Assembly (NCBI GenBank): GCA_937625935.1
Contig: OW569388.1
Span: forward strand, 248,001-312,000
DNA length: 64,000 nt
DNA from: Tetramitus jugosus
Taxonomy: Eukaryota > Protista > Heterolobosea
Direction: 5' to 3'
Shown: positions 40,737-52,783 of the stretch, in pieces
How positions within the stretch are numbered: position 1 is the first letter of the stretch
Layout of the letters: every line of letters starts with the position of its first letter
Program-made: the position numbers and the translations under genes
Notes under the pieces: model-generated
Seen by the model: only the letters and a program-made list of their open reading frames with translations
Databases searched by the model: none
What the model was told of the DNA's origin: nothing

Positions 40737-43700
40737 TTAGTCTAAGTTTTCTTGTGGAGGAGGTAATCGAGAAAGATCAAGTCTTAGCCGCTCCAGTCGT
40801 TGTTTTGAAGCTGTCATTGGTGAATCTTGTAGTTGCTCGATGGTACTTTGCCCCGTCTGTTGGGGAGTTGTTGGAGCCATGATGACTCTTTGACTACTTG
40901 ACTTTAAAGGAGTACCTACAACTTCAGATGATCTCTTAACAAACAATTGCTGATCCTCCACTTGATCTAAAGTATTGTATGCGATTGCGATACGCTCACA
41001 TATTACTTTGTGCAGCGGCTTTCGCTCCGTCCATGCGCGCAACTGAAGCTTTAACTTCATTCGTTTGAATAGTAGTTGGCCTCTCGTATACAATGGACGG
41101 TTCCATTTAATGATTCTGCGGTGAATCAATGATTGAAGACCCAGGATCCAAACGTCCACATCGACATCGTTTCCTGCCATGAGATCATAACTTCGTTTTG
41201 TTGTGATGAATGAGAAGCATCTCCAAGGACAATTGCTAGCACTTTTTTCGAACAAAGCAGTATGGGGTCCGTACACGAGCCATTGAATATCTGCAACAGC
41301 AACTTTCTGAGTCTTATTGAACAAAGCAGCACCTGTTTTCTGGAAAATGAGATGAGTACATGTTGAATCCAACTTCACAATTCTGTTATTTGATTTGTTG
41401 TTCTTCTTGTGAATCTTGGTAAATGTTGTTCCTCTTCTCATGTAATTGATAGTCCACATGTTTTGTTTCGTTATTTCTTTGACCCTAACTTCTGAATAGG
41501 GGCTGTCAGTTTTAACAAGAGTAGCAGGAGTCATAGGAGTTAGTGGAGTCATAGGAGAGACAAGAGGAGATGTCGGTTGTGTAGACGAAGGGTTGGCTAT
41601 TTCTTGCTTGATCTTTTCTTCAATCTGAATCACCTCACTTTGTGTTTTTTGAGTGTGAACGAATTCTGTTTCTTTCGTCATACCACCTTCACCTTGTTTA
41701 ATTTCATATCTTTCCAATTGATTGTCCTGTTGGTTGTCTGATGGCTTCTGCTTCTTGTCCTGTGTATCATTGATGTCTGTTTTAATTTCTCTTACTTGAT
41801 GGTCTCCAAATGTTGAATATGCTTCTCGTTGGACTACCTTCTCAGGTTCAGTTTTAAGTGCAATTTCTTCTTCGCCCTCAGATATATCAGCATCAGATAG
41901 ATTTATGGAATCTATATCGCTAAAGTCTGGTTGTATGAGCATATCTTGAAGATCAATACTGTTATTCAAAAACTCTTCGACTGTGGAAACACCAGAATCA
42001 AACCGTGCTTCTTCTTTTTGAGGGGTCGGCTCGCCGGTGTGAGCGATATCCCAGTTTCCCTTAACTAACACAGCTGACCTGTTCGGAGAGTTGCTTTGAG
42101 AATCATAACGCAAACTTGCCTCGATATAAGGAGATTCCTGCAACCTCGACTCATTCATAGCTCTCAAATTTGAGACCGGAGGTGAGAACAGTATAATTGG
42201 AGATTCCTGCACATATTTTTCGTGTTCTTGAATTACTTCTTTGGAATTGGACAGGTAGGATTGATTGTGAGCTTTTTCGTCGTGTTTAACTACTTGAGGA
42301 ACTAGGGGAGAATAGGTTGACATTGTTTCGTTGTGTCCGTCTGATCTCAGAGGACTTCTCCTTTTCTCGTCTTTTGTGTTCGGTGACGGCGTAGATAGAG
42401 GACTTGGCGAGTGATTCTGATCAATATCAACGTTGTCAGTAATCATCATTGACCTGATAGAGTGCGGAGTGAGGAGGGGCTCACCCTTTGTTAATGGAGT
42501 ACTGGGTTCAGGAATCGAGAAACTAGGTACTTCAGTGAATGAATGAGAGGAGAGAGCTAACGTTGACCTGGAGAAAGCAGGAGACACTGCATCTTGGAGT
42601 GCTATTAGATTTTTCTTCTGCTTTAGAAGCAAATTTTCCTCTCTCTGCCTCTCTTTACGCATTCTTTCCAACTCATCACTCTGAAGCTTCAAAAATCTGT
42701 CGTGTTCCAACTTCCTAATACTTCTGATTTCTTCAATCTTCTCTTTCTCTTCCTCAATCTCTCTTCTCATCTGATCAAACTTTTCCATTTCAAGTCTAAA
42801 CCGCTCTCTTTCCTCCTGAATCTGATACTCAGTGTCCTTTCTCTCTTCTTCTAACTTCTTTTCTTCTATTTCTCTCTGTTGAGTAAGAAGATTCTTTTGG
42901 CGCTCCAGTTCCAGCTTTTGTTGATCGAGTAGTCTTTCCTCCTCGATCTGTTTCCTCAGAGCATCTTCTCTCCTAACTCTTTCAAGTTCTAACTTCTTCT
43001 TTTGTTCGAATAATTGTTGCTCTCTCAGAGCTAGCTCTTCTTTCTCTCTTTCGATTTCGAGTTGGTGTAACCTCAGTAATTCGTTGTGCTGTTCGAGTTT
43101 CTCTTTGGCCAACCTCTCTTTCTCAATCTCAAGTAGCAATATCTGTTCTGTTCGTTGTATTTCCAATTCTTGTAGCTCGCGTGCTCTCAAATTATCAATG
43201 TAAGAAATCACATTTTGCTTCTCTTCAATGATATCATCCTCGACTTCTTCTGGAATAATAATGATAGAATTTTTTTCTGATTGCTGAGGTCGACTCTTTG
43301 GCTTCTCAGGTGATCGTAGTACAAAAACTGACATCCCTTCGAGTTGATTTTGTCTCATTAATGCTAAATCGTTCTCGTGAGAAGTTCTAATTTGTTGTTG
43401 TATTGGAGCAATTGGTTCCTCTTCGATGATGGACTTGTTAGATTCTCGAGATTTGTTTAGTATACGATCGAAATCATCTGCTATCATCAACTCGTCTTCT
43501 TCCATCTCAATATCTGATAATTGAATTGATATTTCAGTATTCGTAACAGTCATACTACGAGATGGGGTCGGTGTATTAATGCTGATATTGATAGATGAAT
43601 CGAGAAGTTTAGGCGTTGTTTGCGGTTGCTGAGGCTTCTTCTCTCCTAGAACACTTGTATCAATTACTAATGGTTCGGGAGACGATATACTTGTAATAGA

Positions 43701-45521
43701 GTTATGATGCTTCTTCCGCTCTACTTCTGCTTTGTTTGGTGTACGAGACCTAACCTTTGGTGACACAGGAAGCGTGTAGTCATCATTTGCATTTTGTTCA
43801 AAACTTTGTTGAATCTTCTCCAGTTCATTCCTTAGGTGTTCCTGCTCTCTTAACTTTGCTGAGAGAGTCTCGAATAAGTTCTTCTCCGGAGAATATGCAT
43901 TTCCCTTTGATATCTGAGAGAATCCCATCGGTTTTACGGTTGTGACTTGAACAGTTTTCGTTGGAGATCGTTTCTGCCTCCATAGCGCGCTGACAGCCTG
44001 GGTTGGTTGTTCTTTTTGTGGTTTTAACTTATTGGGATTTTCGATCTGGTACACAACTGGTTTCCTTTCAGATTGTGGACTGCCTTCAAAGTCAATTTCA
44101 TCTGGGATTGGATATTGCACAGCGTTATCAAGATTTCGTCTTGGCCTGACAGGATACTTGAGACCAACATTCACAACATCAAATGACCGTCCTGCTTCTC
44201 TGTCATCATTGTCAAAGAAATCGAGATCTGAGTGATTACGGAATGGAGGAGTAGATGCGACAGATTTCTTGATCTCTTCACCAAAATCTATGGTATACAT
44301 ATCCGGATAGTGTAATCGCTTTTTAGCAGGTTGCAATTTCTCTGGAGAAGATTGGTTGTTCTGAGTTGGAAGAGCCGAAAAGTTGATCACCCTCGGTCTT
44401 AAGGAAGAACCAGGACTAGTTGGGGAAGTCGTGTCAGGAGACCGAACTGGCGTCCTATTGATGACCTTGGGACTAATCTTTCTAATGGGAGACATGGTAG
44501 AACTCTTGCTCAGCTGATAGACACCGATATGAAGAATTCGGTGAACGCTCGCAAAGTCATATGATCCAACAAAAGTTAAAGTCAAATACTTAGCAATTTT
44601 CGACAAGGGAAGAGTAATCGATTGAGGATTATCTTTGCTCCCATCAGTAGGTGCAGAGAAATTCCACTCCATCGAAAATAGTTTCACACTAGCGAGGGAT
44701 TGACTGGTGTCGAGGATGCACTTCTTGGGGCATCCACTCCTGAATGGCACTACTTTAACCTCCAATGAATCATCCAATATATTTCGATTCTTAGTGTTAA
44801 GCCTCAGCTCAAGAGTAATTGAGGAGGAATTAGTTTTTGACAAGTTGCTTGTCCATGATGCAGTTGTACTCCGAGGGCTACCATGTATGTTATCAGTGGA
44901 TAATATCTTATTATATCCAGTGCCTGTAGCCGATACAATACCTTTGACTGCATTCGTACGAGTAACAGCATGTTGGACCTGCAATAAACTGTGATCAGAT
45001 GAGAACAAGTCTGAATTTTGATCGACATCCATAAAATGAGAATGACTTCCATATTCCATCGAATTTTCTTTCCCAGTACTTGACACCAGTGTTGAATCGT
45101 TCAACGCGTGCTCGTTGGATCTCTCTACCGATGATTTTAACTTTCTTAGCGATTCAATCTGCGAATAAGTCAGTTGTCTCTTGTTGGGAGATGTGATGTT
45201 GTTGTTGTTACTGCCACTACTAGATTGGCTCGTGGGGATGGACCCCGAAGCCAATTTCCTCTTCTGAGAAATCTGAAGTGCAGCAATGGCACTGTACGAG
45301 TTATGATTCGCTGCTGAGCGAACAGAACTATTGACAGTTCTAATCGAAGAAGACTTTTTATTGTCATCATTCTTGGCGGCATGTGAGCTATCATTGATCG
45401 GTGTTTGTGTAGCATTGCCCACAAAAGAACTTTGATTGTTCATGACTTCTCTTCGATCCCAAAAAATTCGTGGTGTGAGTTGTTGATTCGTGTTAGTTAG
45501 TAATAGTTGATTCTCACTCAA
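40737..45521 (-). CDS. large coiled-coil protein with C-terminal PH domain
   Basis: E/Q/K/R heptad region; YMRRGTTFTK..RIVKL..CFSFITTKRSYDL...WILGLQSL (PLC/Num1-Mcp5-type PH). Confidence 0.8.
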   Translation of the reverse strand: MSENQLLLTNTNQQLTPRIFWDRREVMNNQSSFVGNATQTPINDSSHAAKNDDNKKSSSIRTVNSSVRSAANHNSYSAIAALQISQKRKLASGSIPTSQSSSGSNNNNITSPNKRQLTYSQIESLRKLKSSVERSNEHALNDSTLVSSTGKENSMEYGSHSHFMDVDQNSDLFSSDHSLLQVQHAVTRTNAVKGIVSATGTGYNKILSTDNIHGSPRSTTASWTSNLSKTNSSSITLELRLNTKNRNILDDSLEVKVVPFRSGCPKKCILDTSQSLASVKLFSMEWNFSAPTDGSKDNPQSITLPLSKIAKYLTLTFVGSYDFASVHRILHIGVYQLSKSSTMSPIRKISPKVINRTPVRSPDTTSPTSPGSSLRPRVINFSALPTQNNQSSPEKLQPAKKRLHYPDMYTIDFGEEIKKSVASTPPFRNHSDLDFFDNDDREAGRSFDVVNVGLKYPVRPRRNLDNAVQYPIPDEIDFEGSPQSERKPVVYQIENPNKLKPQKEQPTQAVSALWRQKRSPTKTVQVTTVKPMGFSQISKGNAYSPEKNLFETLSAKLREQEHLRNELEKIQQSFEQNANDDYTLPVSPKVRSRTPNKAEVERKKHHNSITSISSPEPLVIDTSVLGEKKPQQPQTTPKLLDSSINISINTPTPSRSMTVTNTEISIQLSDIEMEEDELMIADDFDRILNKSRESNKSIIEEEPIAPIQQQIRTSHENDLALMRQNQLEGMSVFVLRSPEKPKSRPQQSEKNSIIIIPEEVEDDIIEEKQNVISYIDNLRARELQELEIQRTEQILLLEIEKERLAKEKLEQHNELLRLHQLEIEREKEELALREQQLFEQKKKLELERVRREDALRKQIEEERLLDQQKLELERQKNLLTQQREIEEKKLEEERKDTEYQIQEERERFRLEMEKFDQMRREIEEEKEKIEEIRSIRKLEHDRFLKLQSDELERMRKERQREENLLLKQKKNLIALQDAVSPAFSRSTLALSSHSFTEVPSFSIPEPSTPLTKGEPLLTPHSIRSMMITDNVDIDQNHSPSPLSTPSPNTKDEKRRSPLRSDGHNETMSTYSPLVPQVVKHDEKAHNQSYLSNSKEVIQEHEKYVQESPIILFSPPVSNLRAMNESRLQESPYIEASLRYDSQSNSPNRSAVLVKGNWDIAHTGEPTPQKEEARFDSGVSTVEEFLNNSIDLQDMLIQPDFSDIDSINLSDADISEGEEEIALKTEPEKVVQREAYSTFGDHQVREIKTDINDTQDKKQKPSDNQQDNQLERYEIKQGEGGMTKETEFVHTQKTQSEVIQIEEKIKQEIANPSSTQPTSPLVSPMTPLTPMTPATLVKTDSPYSEVRVKEITKQNMWTINYMRRGTTFTKIHKKNNKSNNRIVKLDSTCTHLIFQKTGAALFNKTQKVAVADIQWLVYGPHTALFEKSASNCPWRCFSFITTKRSYDLMAGNDVDVDVWILGLQSLIHRRIIKWNRPLYTRGQLLFKRMKLKLQLRAWTERKPLHKVICERIAIAYNTLDQVEDQQLFVKRSSEVVGTPLKSSSQRVIMAPTTPQQTGQSTIEQLQDSPMTASKQRLERLRLDLSRLPPPQENLD

Positions 45522-45690
45522 TAATAGTCCTCATGCGACGAAAAACCGTTGAAGAATAGAGCTGTAAATTGGCGCCACAGCGAATCATTTACGAAGAGAA
45601 ACAATGTGTCGGAGAGTGTGCTTACATGGACTGCATCAGGTTGGTTTCTAAAACTGGAAAGTGGTTTATGAGACACGAGTCGCTGCGCAA

Positions 45691-47579
45691 CTACCTTCTG
45701 GTTATGACGGTAACATCACTAAATAGTACCGATCCAACGTTCCAATGCTCATAATGATAATAAATGTAGTAATTGAAGTCAACAGGTCGCATAGGTGACA
45801 ATTTTGTGGGCGACATCTCAAAGATTGAGTCTGTTGGTTTTCGCGTCAATGGAGTTGCCTCAATTTCGAGATCACTCAGAGGAATGTACAGTAGAGCCTT
45901 CAGTCTCTGCTTCATCTTTGTTCGATACTTGTTCTCATAGAACTTGTTGTTCAGTATATATGTGTCACGCTCTTCTCTCGCCTTAATGTCTGATATCGTT
46001 CTGAGATGCACCGGATCACCCTTCTTTGTTTGATCTTGATCCAAATACTCTAGATACAACTTGTCATAGTGCACCTTCTTCTTTTGTAACTCGGCCAGGA
46101 AATCACTCTGATAACACTTTTCCATACCAAGATTCAACTCTTCGTTTGCCAACTCAAAATTCTTCTCGTGTGCATAGATGCTGGCAATCAACAAATAGGC
46201 ATACACGTTAGTTGGTGAAATAATGTTCTTTGCATAGGAATAGTAATGAAGAGCCTTGTCTCTCTGATTCTTATCGAACCAGTACACATCACCCAGCTCC
46301 AAATAGGAATAGAGATGAGTAGGATTGATTTGTAACACTTTTTCCAAGTCCTTGATCGCATCATCAAACTGATTCAACTCCTGGAATACCTTACTCCGAT
46401 TGTAATACGCTCTCACAAACGAAGGATTGCTCTCAATAGCCAACGAATAATACTTTAACGTCTCTGATGTGCTACTCTTCTTTTGTTCATAGCACCATGC
46501 TTGATTATTGTAGATACCACATGGGGAATACCTTGGTCCATACTTTAGTGCCAAGTGGAACGACTCTATCGCTCGATCCAATTTTTTCAACACGTCTTCC
46601 ACGTAGCCACGAGAAAAGTAGGCGTAGGAACATGTGGGCTCGGCTTCAATGGCCTTTTCAAACTCTTTTTCTGCGTCTTCCATGTTCTCCGATAGGAAAT
46701 GGATCCACCCTTGGGCAATATGTTCATATGTTACACTAATGGTTTGTTTGCAATTGATACAGTTGCGAAAATTTTGAATGGCTTCAGCTGGTTTGGCCAT
46801 ACTGTGCAACGTTAATCCATTCTGGAAGTGTGCGTGATAGTATTGTGGCCATTTTTCAACACAATATCTCGTAATCTATTTGCACCAAAGAAATGAAAGT
46901 CAATACAAACCAAAACTTGAAAAAAAAACAAGGTGTGCAGGAGATTTCTTGGCGCACAGCATTAAAAAAAAATTTCCAACAGACACAAATATTGTCTGTG
47001 TGGACAACTAACTCACCAACAAAAGAACACACAATAACACAATAACAACGAATTGATGATACATACACTAAATGCCATTTGATAATTTTGTTCCCATTTT
47101 AATTTTACAGCCCTCATCAACAATTTTTCACATTGCTTAAACTTTGCGTCTTCTCCCGCCAAATTCAACGCCATCATCAGCTCATGATCATCTTCATTAT
47201 CAACATCTTCTTCTTGTTGTTCATTCATGTGATCTTCATCTTCATCTTCCATGGAAGCTACAGCAGCCGTTGAATGATCAATTTGTTCTCTCGCTTGTTG
47301 TTGCTCTTTTTTCATGGTTCGTTGTTGAATGAAATATTGTTGTTCTTGTTCTTCTTGCTTTTTGTTGATTTCTTCTTCATGAACTTGTTGTTGTTGTTGT
47401 TGTTGTTGTTGTAAGAGTAGTTCTGCGAGAGGCAAGTGAGTTCTCTCTGGTAGGGACAATGGAGCAAGAATGGATGAACCAAGAGAGTTTCTTCTTGGTG
47501 ATTGTTGTTGAGGTTGTTGTTGCATGGTTGACGTTTGTGATGATTTTTGTTGTTGTTGTTGTTGGTTGTTGTTCACCAT
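45691..47579 (-). CDS. TPR-repeat protein (exons 47579-47067, 46875-45691)
   Basis: AYYNRSKVFQELNQFDDAIKDLEKVLQINP and similar repeats; phase-0 intron 47066-46876 (GTATGT..TAG) joins two track ORFs. Confidence 0.85.
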
Positions 47580-47931
47580 TATTGGTTTATGCGAAGCTAC
47601 CTACCTGTCGATCTGTCTGTATGTTGTGGTGAATGAAATGATGAAATTTTTTTGTTGTTGCTGGGCGGTTCAAGAGTCGTCGGTTATTCCAAAAAAATTG
47701 GTTGTATTGGGATAGTGTAGCTTTGGATAGTCTTCTTCTTCTTTTTGTTTTCTTTGGATGAGTTTGATACGGCGAGTTGTTTGTCAGGAGCGAATCTGGT
47801 GTAATGATCAAAACGTTTTGGTGATTTCTTCAAAAGAGCTTTTGCTCGGAAGGTTAGCATGATGTTTCTCTTCTGTCATGGATCATTTTACGCATAGATC
47901 ATTTTTAGAATTGGCCGATCCGGAAAGTTCT

Positions 47932-48882
47932 TTATTTTTTGGTGGACGACGCGCGTCTCTCCAGATAACGTTGTCTCGCTGCTCTAATCTTTTCTGCTTT
48001 CTGTGCTGCCAGATCTAACTCTGACTGTTGTTTGTCCACAATAACTTCTTCTTGATGAGGTTTCCGCCGAGATACCTCTGGAATTCTCTCTTTCGGTTCA
48101 TCGTGTGTTCTCCTGACTGAACTTGATTCTTGTTGTTGTTGCCTTCTTGTCGCTACAGTATTTTTTGCATTCCTCTCATCTTCTTCTTCTTCTTCCTTCT
48201 TTATCACATCTTCAACGTCATCATCATCACCAACACCACTACTTCGACTTCCACCAAATGCAATATCTCTTGCAATATGATAAAATCCACCCATTCCTCC
48301 TCTCTTATTCACATCTTGTTTCTTCTCTTGTTCTCTCTGTTGAACATCTCGTTCATCCATCTTTTTTTGTTCTTCCAATTTCTTCTTGTATGCCGAAGTG
48401 ACAAAAACTTGACTCGCTCCTCCCACTTCTTCCAACTCTTGTTCCAATTGTCGCGTCATTTTTCGATCAAACACTCGATCTCGTTCTTTTTTGCGATTCT
48501 CCGCATTTTTCATCAGTTGTGAAATGTATTTGCTCTTTGGTACAGCTGTAGATTCTTCTTCTCCGTGTGTTGTTGAACTTGCATTTTGGTTGTTGTGAGA
48601 GTGCATTTCATCATATAAATCATCGTATTGAAAAATGGTAGAGTCTTGTTGGAGAGCTTGTTCAGTGGTTCGTTGAGCAATGAGGTTACTCATGCTGTTT
48701 GGATCATTGGTTCGATTTGGAACATGTTGTTGTTGTTGTTGTTGATGTGTTTTTGATGAAAATTTGGATTGTTTTTGTTGTTGTTGTTCGATTGTGTGAT
48801 CTTCTTCTTCTTCGTCACTGGTATCGTCACCGAAAACATTGTGATCATCAATGTTTTGTTTCTTTTTTTGTAGAGTAAACAT
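47932..48882 (-). CDS. NSRP1/CCDC55 (DUF2040) splicing-related coiled-coil protein
   Basis: ALQQDSTIFQYDDLYDEM, SKYISQLMKNAENRKKE, FVTSAYKKKLEE, ARQRYLERR. Confidence 0.88.
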   Translation of the reverse strand: MFTLQKKKQNIDDHNVFGDDTSDEEEEDHTIEQQQQKQSKFSSKTHQQQQQQHVPNRTNDPNSMSNLIAQRTTEQALQQDSTIFQYDDLYDEMHSHNNQNASSTTHGEEESTAVPKSKYISQLMKNAENRKKERDRVFDRKMTRQLEQELEEVGGASQVFVTSAYKKKLEEQKKMDERDVQQREQEKKQDVNKRGGMGGFYHIARDIAFGGSRSSGVGDDDDVEDVIKKEEEEEDERNAKNTVATRRQQQQESSSVRRTHDEPKERIPEVSRRKPHQEEVIVDKQQSELDLAAQKAEKIRAARQRYLERRASSTKK

Positions 48883-49058
48883 TGTTATTGTTGGGATATT
48901 GTTGTATGGTTTTCTGTGCTTGCTATGTGTTGTTTCTTTCCTTGATCTTTTTGTGCAAGTTTCAACGAAAGGTTCATTGTTTTCTTTGTTGAATGACGGA
49001 AAAACTGTTCAAATTTCACAGAGCAACAAAAAACAACAACAGAGAGCATTCAAAAATC

Positions 49059-50954
49059 ATGTTACTGAGACAATTAACATTGAGCAACAATAGTCAAAAA
49101 TCGACTAGACACATCACAATGATCAACAACAAACATTATCATCATCAGTATCACACCATTTCTTCCTTGTTTGCTGCCGTTCGTCGGAGTCCCACGAGCG
49201 CGCCAAAATCAAACAAAATTCCGCCTCCACTGGCATTTGAACCGCCAAAACCAGCTCCGCACACGGTTTACAAGAGACGGATAAGAGAATCATTGACAGT
49301 GACTGCACCAGTAACTGCTGCTGAAAGCTTTTTGCAACAAAATTCTTCCTTCCACACCAACGCACCATTCAACAACAAGTATAATGCCAACAACAACAAA
49401 AGCTCTTCATCATATATTGCTCGTAATCAACGAGCGCTAGAGCTTATCCAAGAAAAAGAGCTACAACAACAACAACAGTCCTTATCACTATCATCAACAA
49501 CAACAGAAGAAAAAGAAAATGAATCATTCTTTGTCAAACATTTTTCCAAGCAATACCCTCAAGTCATTGAATGTCTCAAGAAGGAGTTCAAGATTGAAAA
49601 TCCATCCACCATTCAACAATTGGTCATGCCAGAGCTATTGAAGGGCAATGATGTTCTCTGTGCAGCTCAAACGGGTACGGGAAAAACCTTGAGTTATGTT
49701 TTGCCACTGTTGATTCGCATGAAAAATGATGAGTCATCAGTAGAGTCGCGTCTTAAGAGACCAAAGATCATTATTCTGGTTCCTAGTCGCGAACTTGCAT
49801 CACAAGTTGCTTCCATTGTCAAGAAATTTGCACATTATCTAAAGTTTCGTTGCGTTTGTTTGCGCAGTGATTTGGAAAATGTGAGAATGAAGCGTGATTT
49901 GAACACAAAGGTTGATGTCGTTGTCAGTACACCAGGTGTCTTTATCAAGTTGCACGACAAGGGAGCCCTTCACTACACTGACATTCGTTATGTGGTGGTG
50001 GATGAAGCTGATACTCTGTTGTCCAAGGATTTCAAGCAAGAATTGACTGAACATATTCTTGTGCCGTGTAGAGACAGAGAGATTCACAATGAGAAGCAGT
50101 TGCAACGCGTTCAATTTTGTTTTGCACTGGCGACGTACAATAGTGAGATTCAGAACTATATGGCAGAATATTTCCCGCGAATGAAATTGTTGGCCACTCC
50201 TAAATTGCATCACAATCACAAGAATATTGCTCAAAAGTTTATTACGGTGCCTGGTCATGACAAGATTAAGCATTTGTTGCCGTTGATCCAGGGCGAAACA
50301 AGTGAGAATAGAACCATTGTCTTTTGTGGCACAGTAAACAGTTGCAGAGCTGTTCATTATGCACTCAAGGAGGCTGGAATCTTTGCTGCTTGTTATCACA
50401 GTGAGATACCAGCAGAGAAGCAAGCAGAGGAGTACGAGTCCTTTTCAAAGGGAGAAACACATATTATGGTGTGCACGGATCTTGCATCGAGAGGTCTGGA
50501 TATCGCCAGTGTGAGACATGTGGTCATGTTTGATTTCCCTCTGAACACTGTGGATTATTTGCATCGTGTGGGTCGTACAGGTCGCTTTGGCGCTCCAGGT
50601 AGAGTCACTTCACTAGTCAATCGTCCAAGAGAGATTGCTCTAGCAAAGGAAATTGAGAAGCGTATTCAATCCAACACTTCACTCGAAGGTGTGTCATCGA
50701 ATCCAAAGGATTTTGTCCGAACAACAAACCAAGCCAAGAAGGGCAGTGCGCTGTCGAGTCAAAAGCAAGCTCAAAAGGGCAAGAGAGCCCTGTACTGGGA
50801 AAGACAAAAGCTCAAGGAAAAGCTCAAGGTGACCAAGTTGCAGAGCCGAATCGGAAACAAACAGGGCCCACGTCGAGTACGACCAGTAGGTGCCAAGGGC
50901 TCCTTTGATCTTGCACTCGATGCCATCTCTATTCCAAATCCATCCCCACAATAA
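49059..50954 (+). CDS. DEAD-box RNA helicase, probably mitochondrial (DDX28/RH50-like)
   Basis: Q motif, AQTGTGKT, PSRELA, TPG, DEAD, SRGLD, HRVGRTGR; presequence-like N-terminus. Confidence 0.92.
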   Translation: MLLRQLTLSNNSQKSTRHITMINNKHYHHQYHTISSLFAAVRRSPTSAPKSNKIPPPLAFEPPKPAPHTVYKRRIRESLTVTAPVTAAESFLQQNSSFHTNAPFNNKYNANNNKSSSSYIARNQRALELIQEKELQQQQQSLSLSSTTTEEKENESFFVKHFSKQYPQVIECLKKEFKIENPSTIQQLVMPELLKGNDVLCAAQTGTGKTLSYVLPLLIRMKNDESSVESRLKRPKIIILVPSRELASQVASIVKKFAHYLKFRCVCLRSDLENVRMKRDLNTKVDVVVSTPGVFIKLHDKGALHYTDIRYVVVDEADTLLSKDFKQELTEHILVPCRDREIHNEKQLQRVQFCFALATYNSEIQNYMAEYFPRMKLLATPKLHHNHKNIAQKFITVPGHDKIKHLLPLIQGETSENRTIVFCGTVNSCRAVHYALKEAGIFAACYHSEIPAEKQAEEYESFSKGETHIMVCTDLASRGLDIASVRHVVMFDFPLNTVDYLHRVGRTGRFGAPGRVTSLVNRPREIALAKEIEKRIQSNTSLEGVSSNPKDFVRTTNQAKKGSALSSQKQAQKGKRALYWERQKLKEKLKVTKLQSRIGNKQGPRRVRPVGAKGSFDLALDAISIPNPSPQ

Positions 50955-51106
50955 AACCACAACCAAATGATATGGTGGAAAAATAATTCAATCGTGAAAA
51001 CTGTAGTCTGTTTGTGACCTGCTTATCAGATTCGGACTCTTGACGAACACTCTGAAGAGTTCGTGCTTATGTCATTTGAAACAAACAACAAACAACAAAG
51101 ACGCGT

Positions 51107-52717
51107 ATGTTCAATCGTTTATTCTCTAGAAACAAGAAGAAGTCATGTGGAGAGAAGAATTCTCCACAAGACAGTGATAATTCAATTTCGGCACCTGTCG
51201 TCGTGCCTACTCAGCAAAATCATCAAAACGAGAACAAGATGCAGTATGATTTTGGAACACTAGCAGTTCATTATGATCGGAACGTGGAACCATTGTGTTC
51301 GGATGTCGCTCCTCCGCTTCACTTTTCCACGACGTATGACTTGGCGCCAAATTTGCGATCGGAACATGTTTACGGTCGAGTTCGTATGTATTTCCGAAGC
51401 TGAATGAATGAACTCTGATAGAAATAAATATAGTATGCAATATCCTTGAGCTAACAACTCTTTCATTAATATCTAGATAATGCCACGAGAGAAAGAGTCG
51501 AAGCTGTGTTGGGTCGCTTGGAAGGCAGTGAACAATTTGGTGCAGTAACGTACGCCAGTGGTCAAACAGCTACTTTTTCTTTGCTGTATCATTTGAGACC
51601 AAAGAAAGTGTACATTAACAAGGATGAAGGTTATTGGGGTACTCAGGAAGTCATTCATAGCTTTCAAAAGTTTATAAAGTCGTATTCTGATCGTGCTGTT
51701 CGTGAATCGTTTGCTCACTATCAGACTCTTTCTGATTCTGTTGAGCAAGAAGAGCAACAAGGTGAAACAAAGCAAGAGACAACTCAAGAACAAACGGGAG
51801 AACAACAAGGTGCAATTACTTCAAACGGACATGACCAACAACCAAAGAGAACGCTCACTATGCAAAACGTATCGGAAGGTATTGATATCCTGGAGTTGAG
51901 TTCTCTCTCGGAAACAGAAAAGGAACAAGAAGAGTTGTCCCAAAACAGCGAGGAACAAGCATCGAGAAGAGTACCGTACGCTGGAATTGTCATCTGGTTA
52001 GAAACTCCAAGAAATCCACGCTGTTTACTGGAAGACATTGAACGATACACAAAGATTGCTCACCGAATAGGTGCCATGGTCGTAGTGGACTCTACATTTG
52101 CTTCTCCAGTGTTGCAGCAACCGCTCTTACTTGGTGCTGATTATGTCGTTCACAGTTGTACAAAGTTTATCGGAGGTCATTCAGATTTATTGGCTGCAGT
52201 GGTTGTTGCGAGAAATGAGTCCATGGGATATCGTCTCAGATCTGAAAGATCAACCTTTGGTCAGAATATGGGCAGCATGGAAAGTTGGTTGCTTCTCAGA
52301 TCTCTCAAAACATTGGAGGTGCGTGTGCTACGACAATCTGCATCTGCCACTGAACTTGCCCTGTGGTTCGAGAGTCAAATTAACAATGACGAAACGAAAA
52401 AGAGAGTGACAAAGGTGTGGTATCCATTGCAATCCTCTCATCCAGAGGACTATGCCATTTGTCAAAAGCAAATGGGAGGAAGGGGACCTGGTATACTGAG
52501 CATTGAGCTGGACACGCAGCAACATGCACAAAATTTGCCTTCCAAGCTCAAATTTGTCATTAACGCTACTTCGCTGGGTGCAGTGGAATCATTGATTGAT
52601 TATCGACATCAGTGGGACTCACATGAATCACCTACACTATTACGTATTTCTGTTGGATTAGAATCAAGCAGAGATTTGATCAACGATTTCAAGCAGGCAA
52701 TTTTGGCCTTGCAATAA
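51107..52717 (+). CDS. Cys/Met metabolism PLP enzyme, cystathionine gamma-lyase/synthase family (exons 51107-51383, 51477-52717)
   Basis: VAPPLHFSTTY, YGRV(H)NATRE across phase-1 intron 51384-51476, ETPRNP, DSTFASP, HSCTKFIGGHSD (PLP Lys), TSLGAVESL, LRISVGLE. Confidence 0.92.
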
Positions 52718-52783
52718 AAATTTTTCGCAGAACAAATCACTCGTAAAAGGCCTTGTTATCAATTGCAATTCCCTACCAAATAT

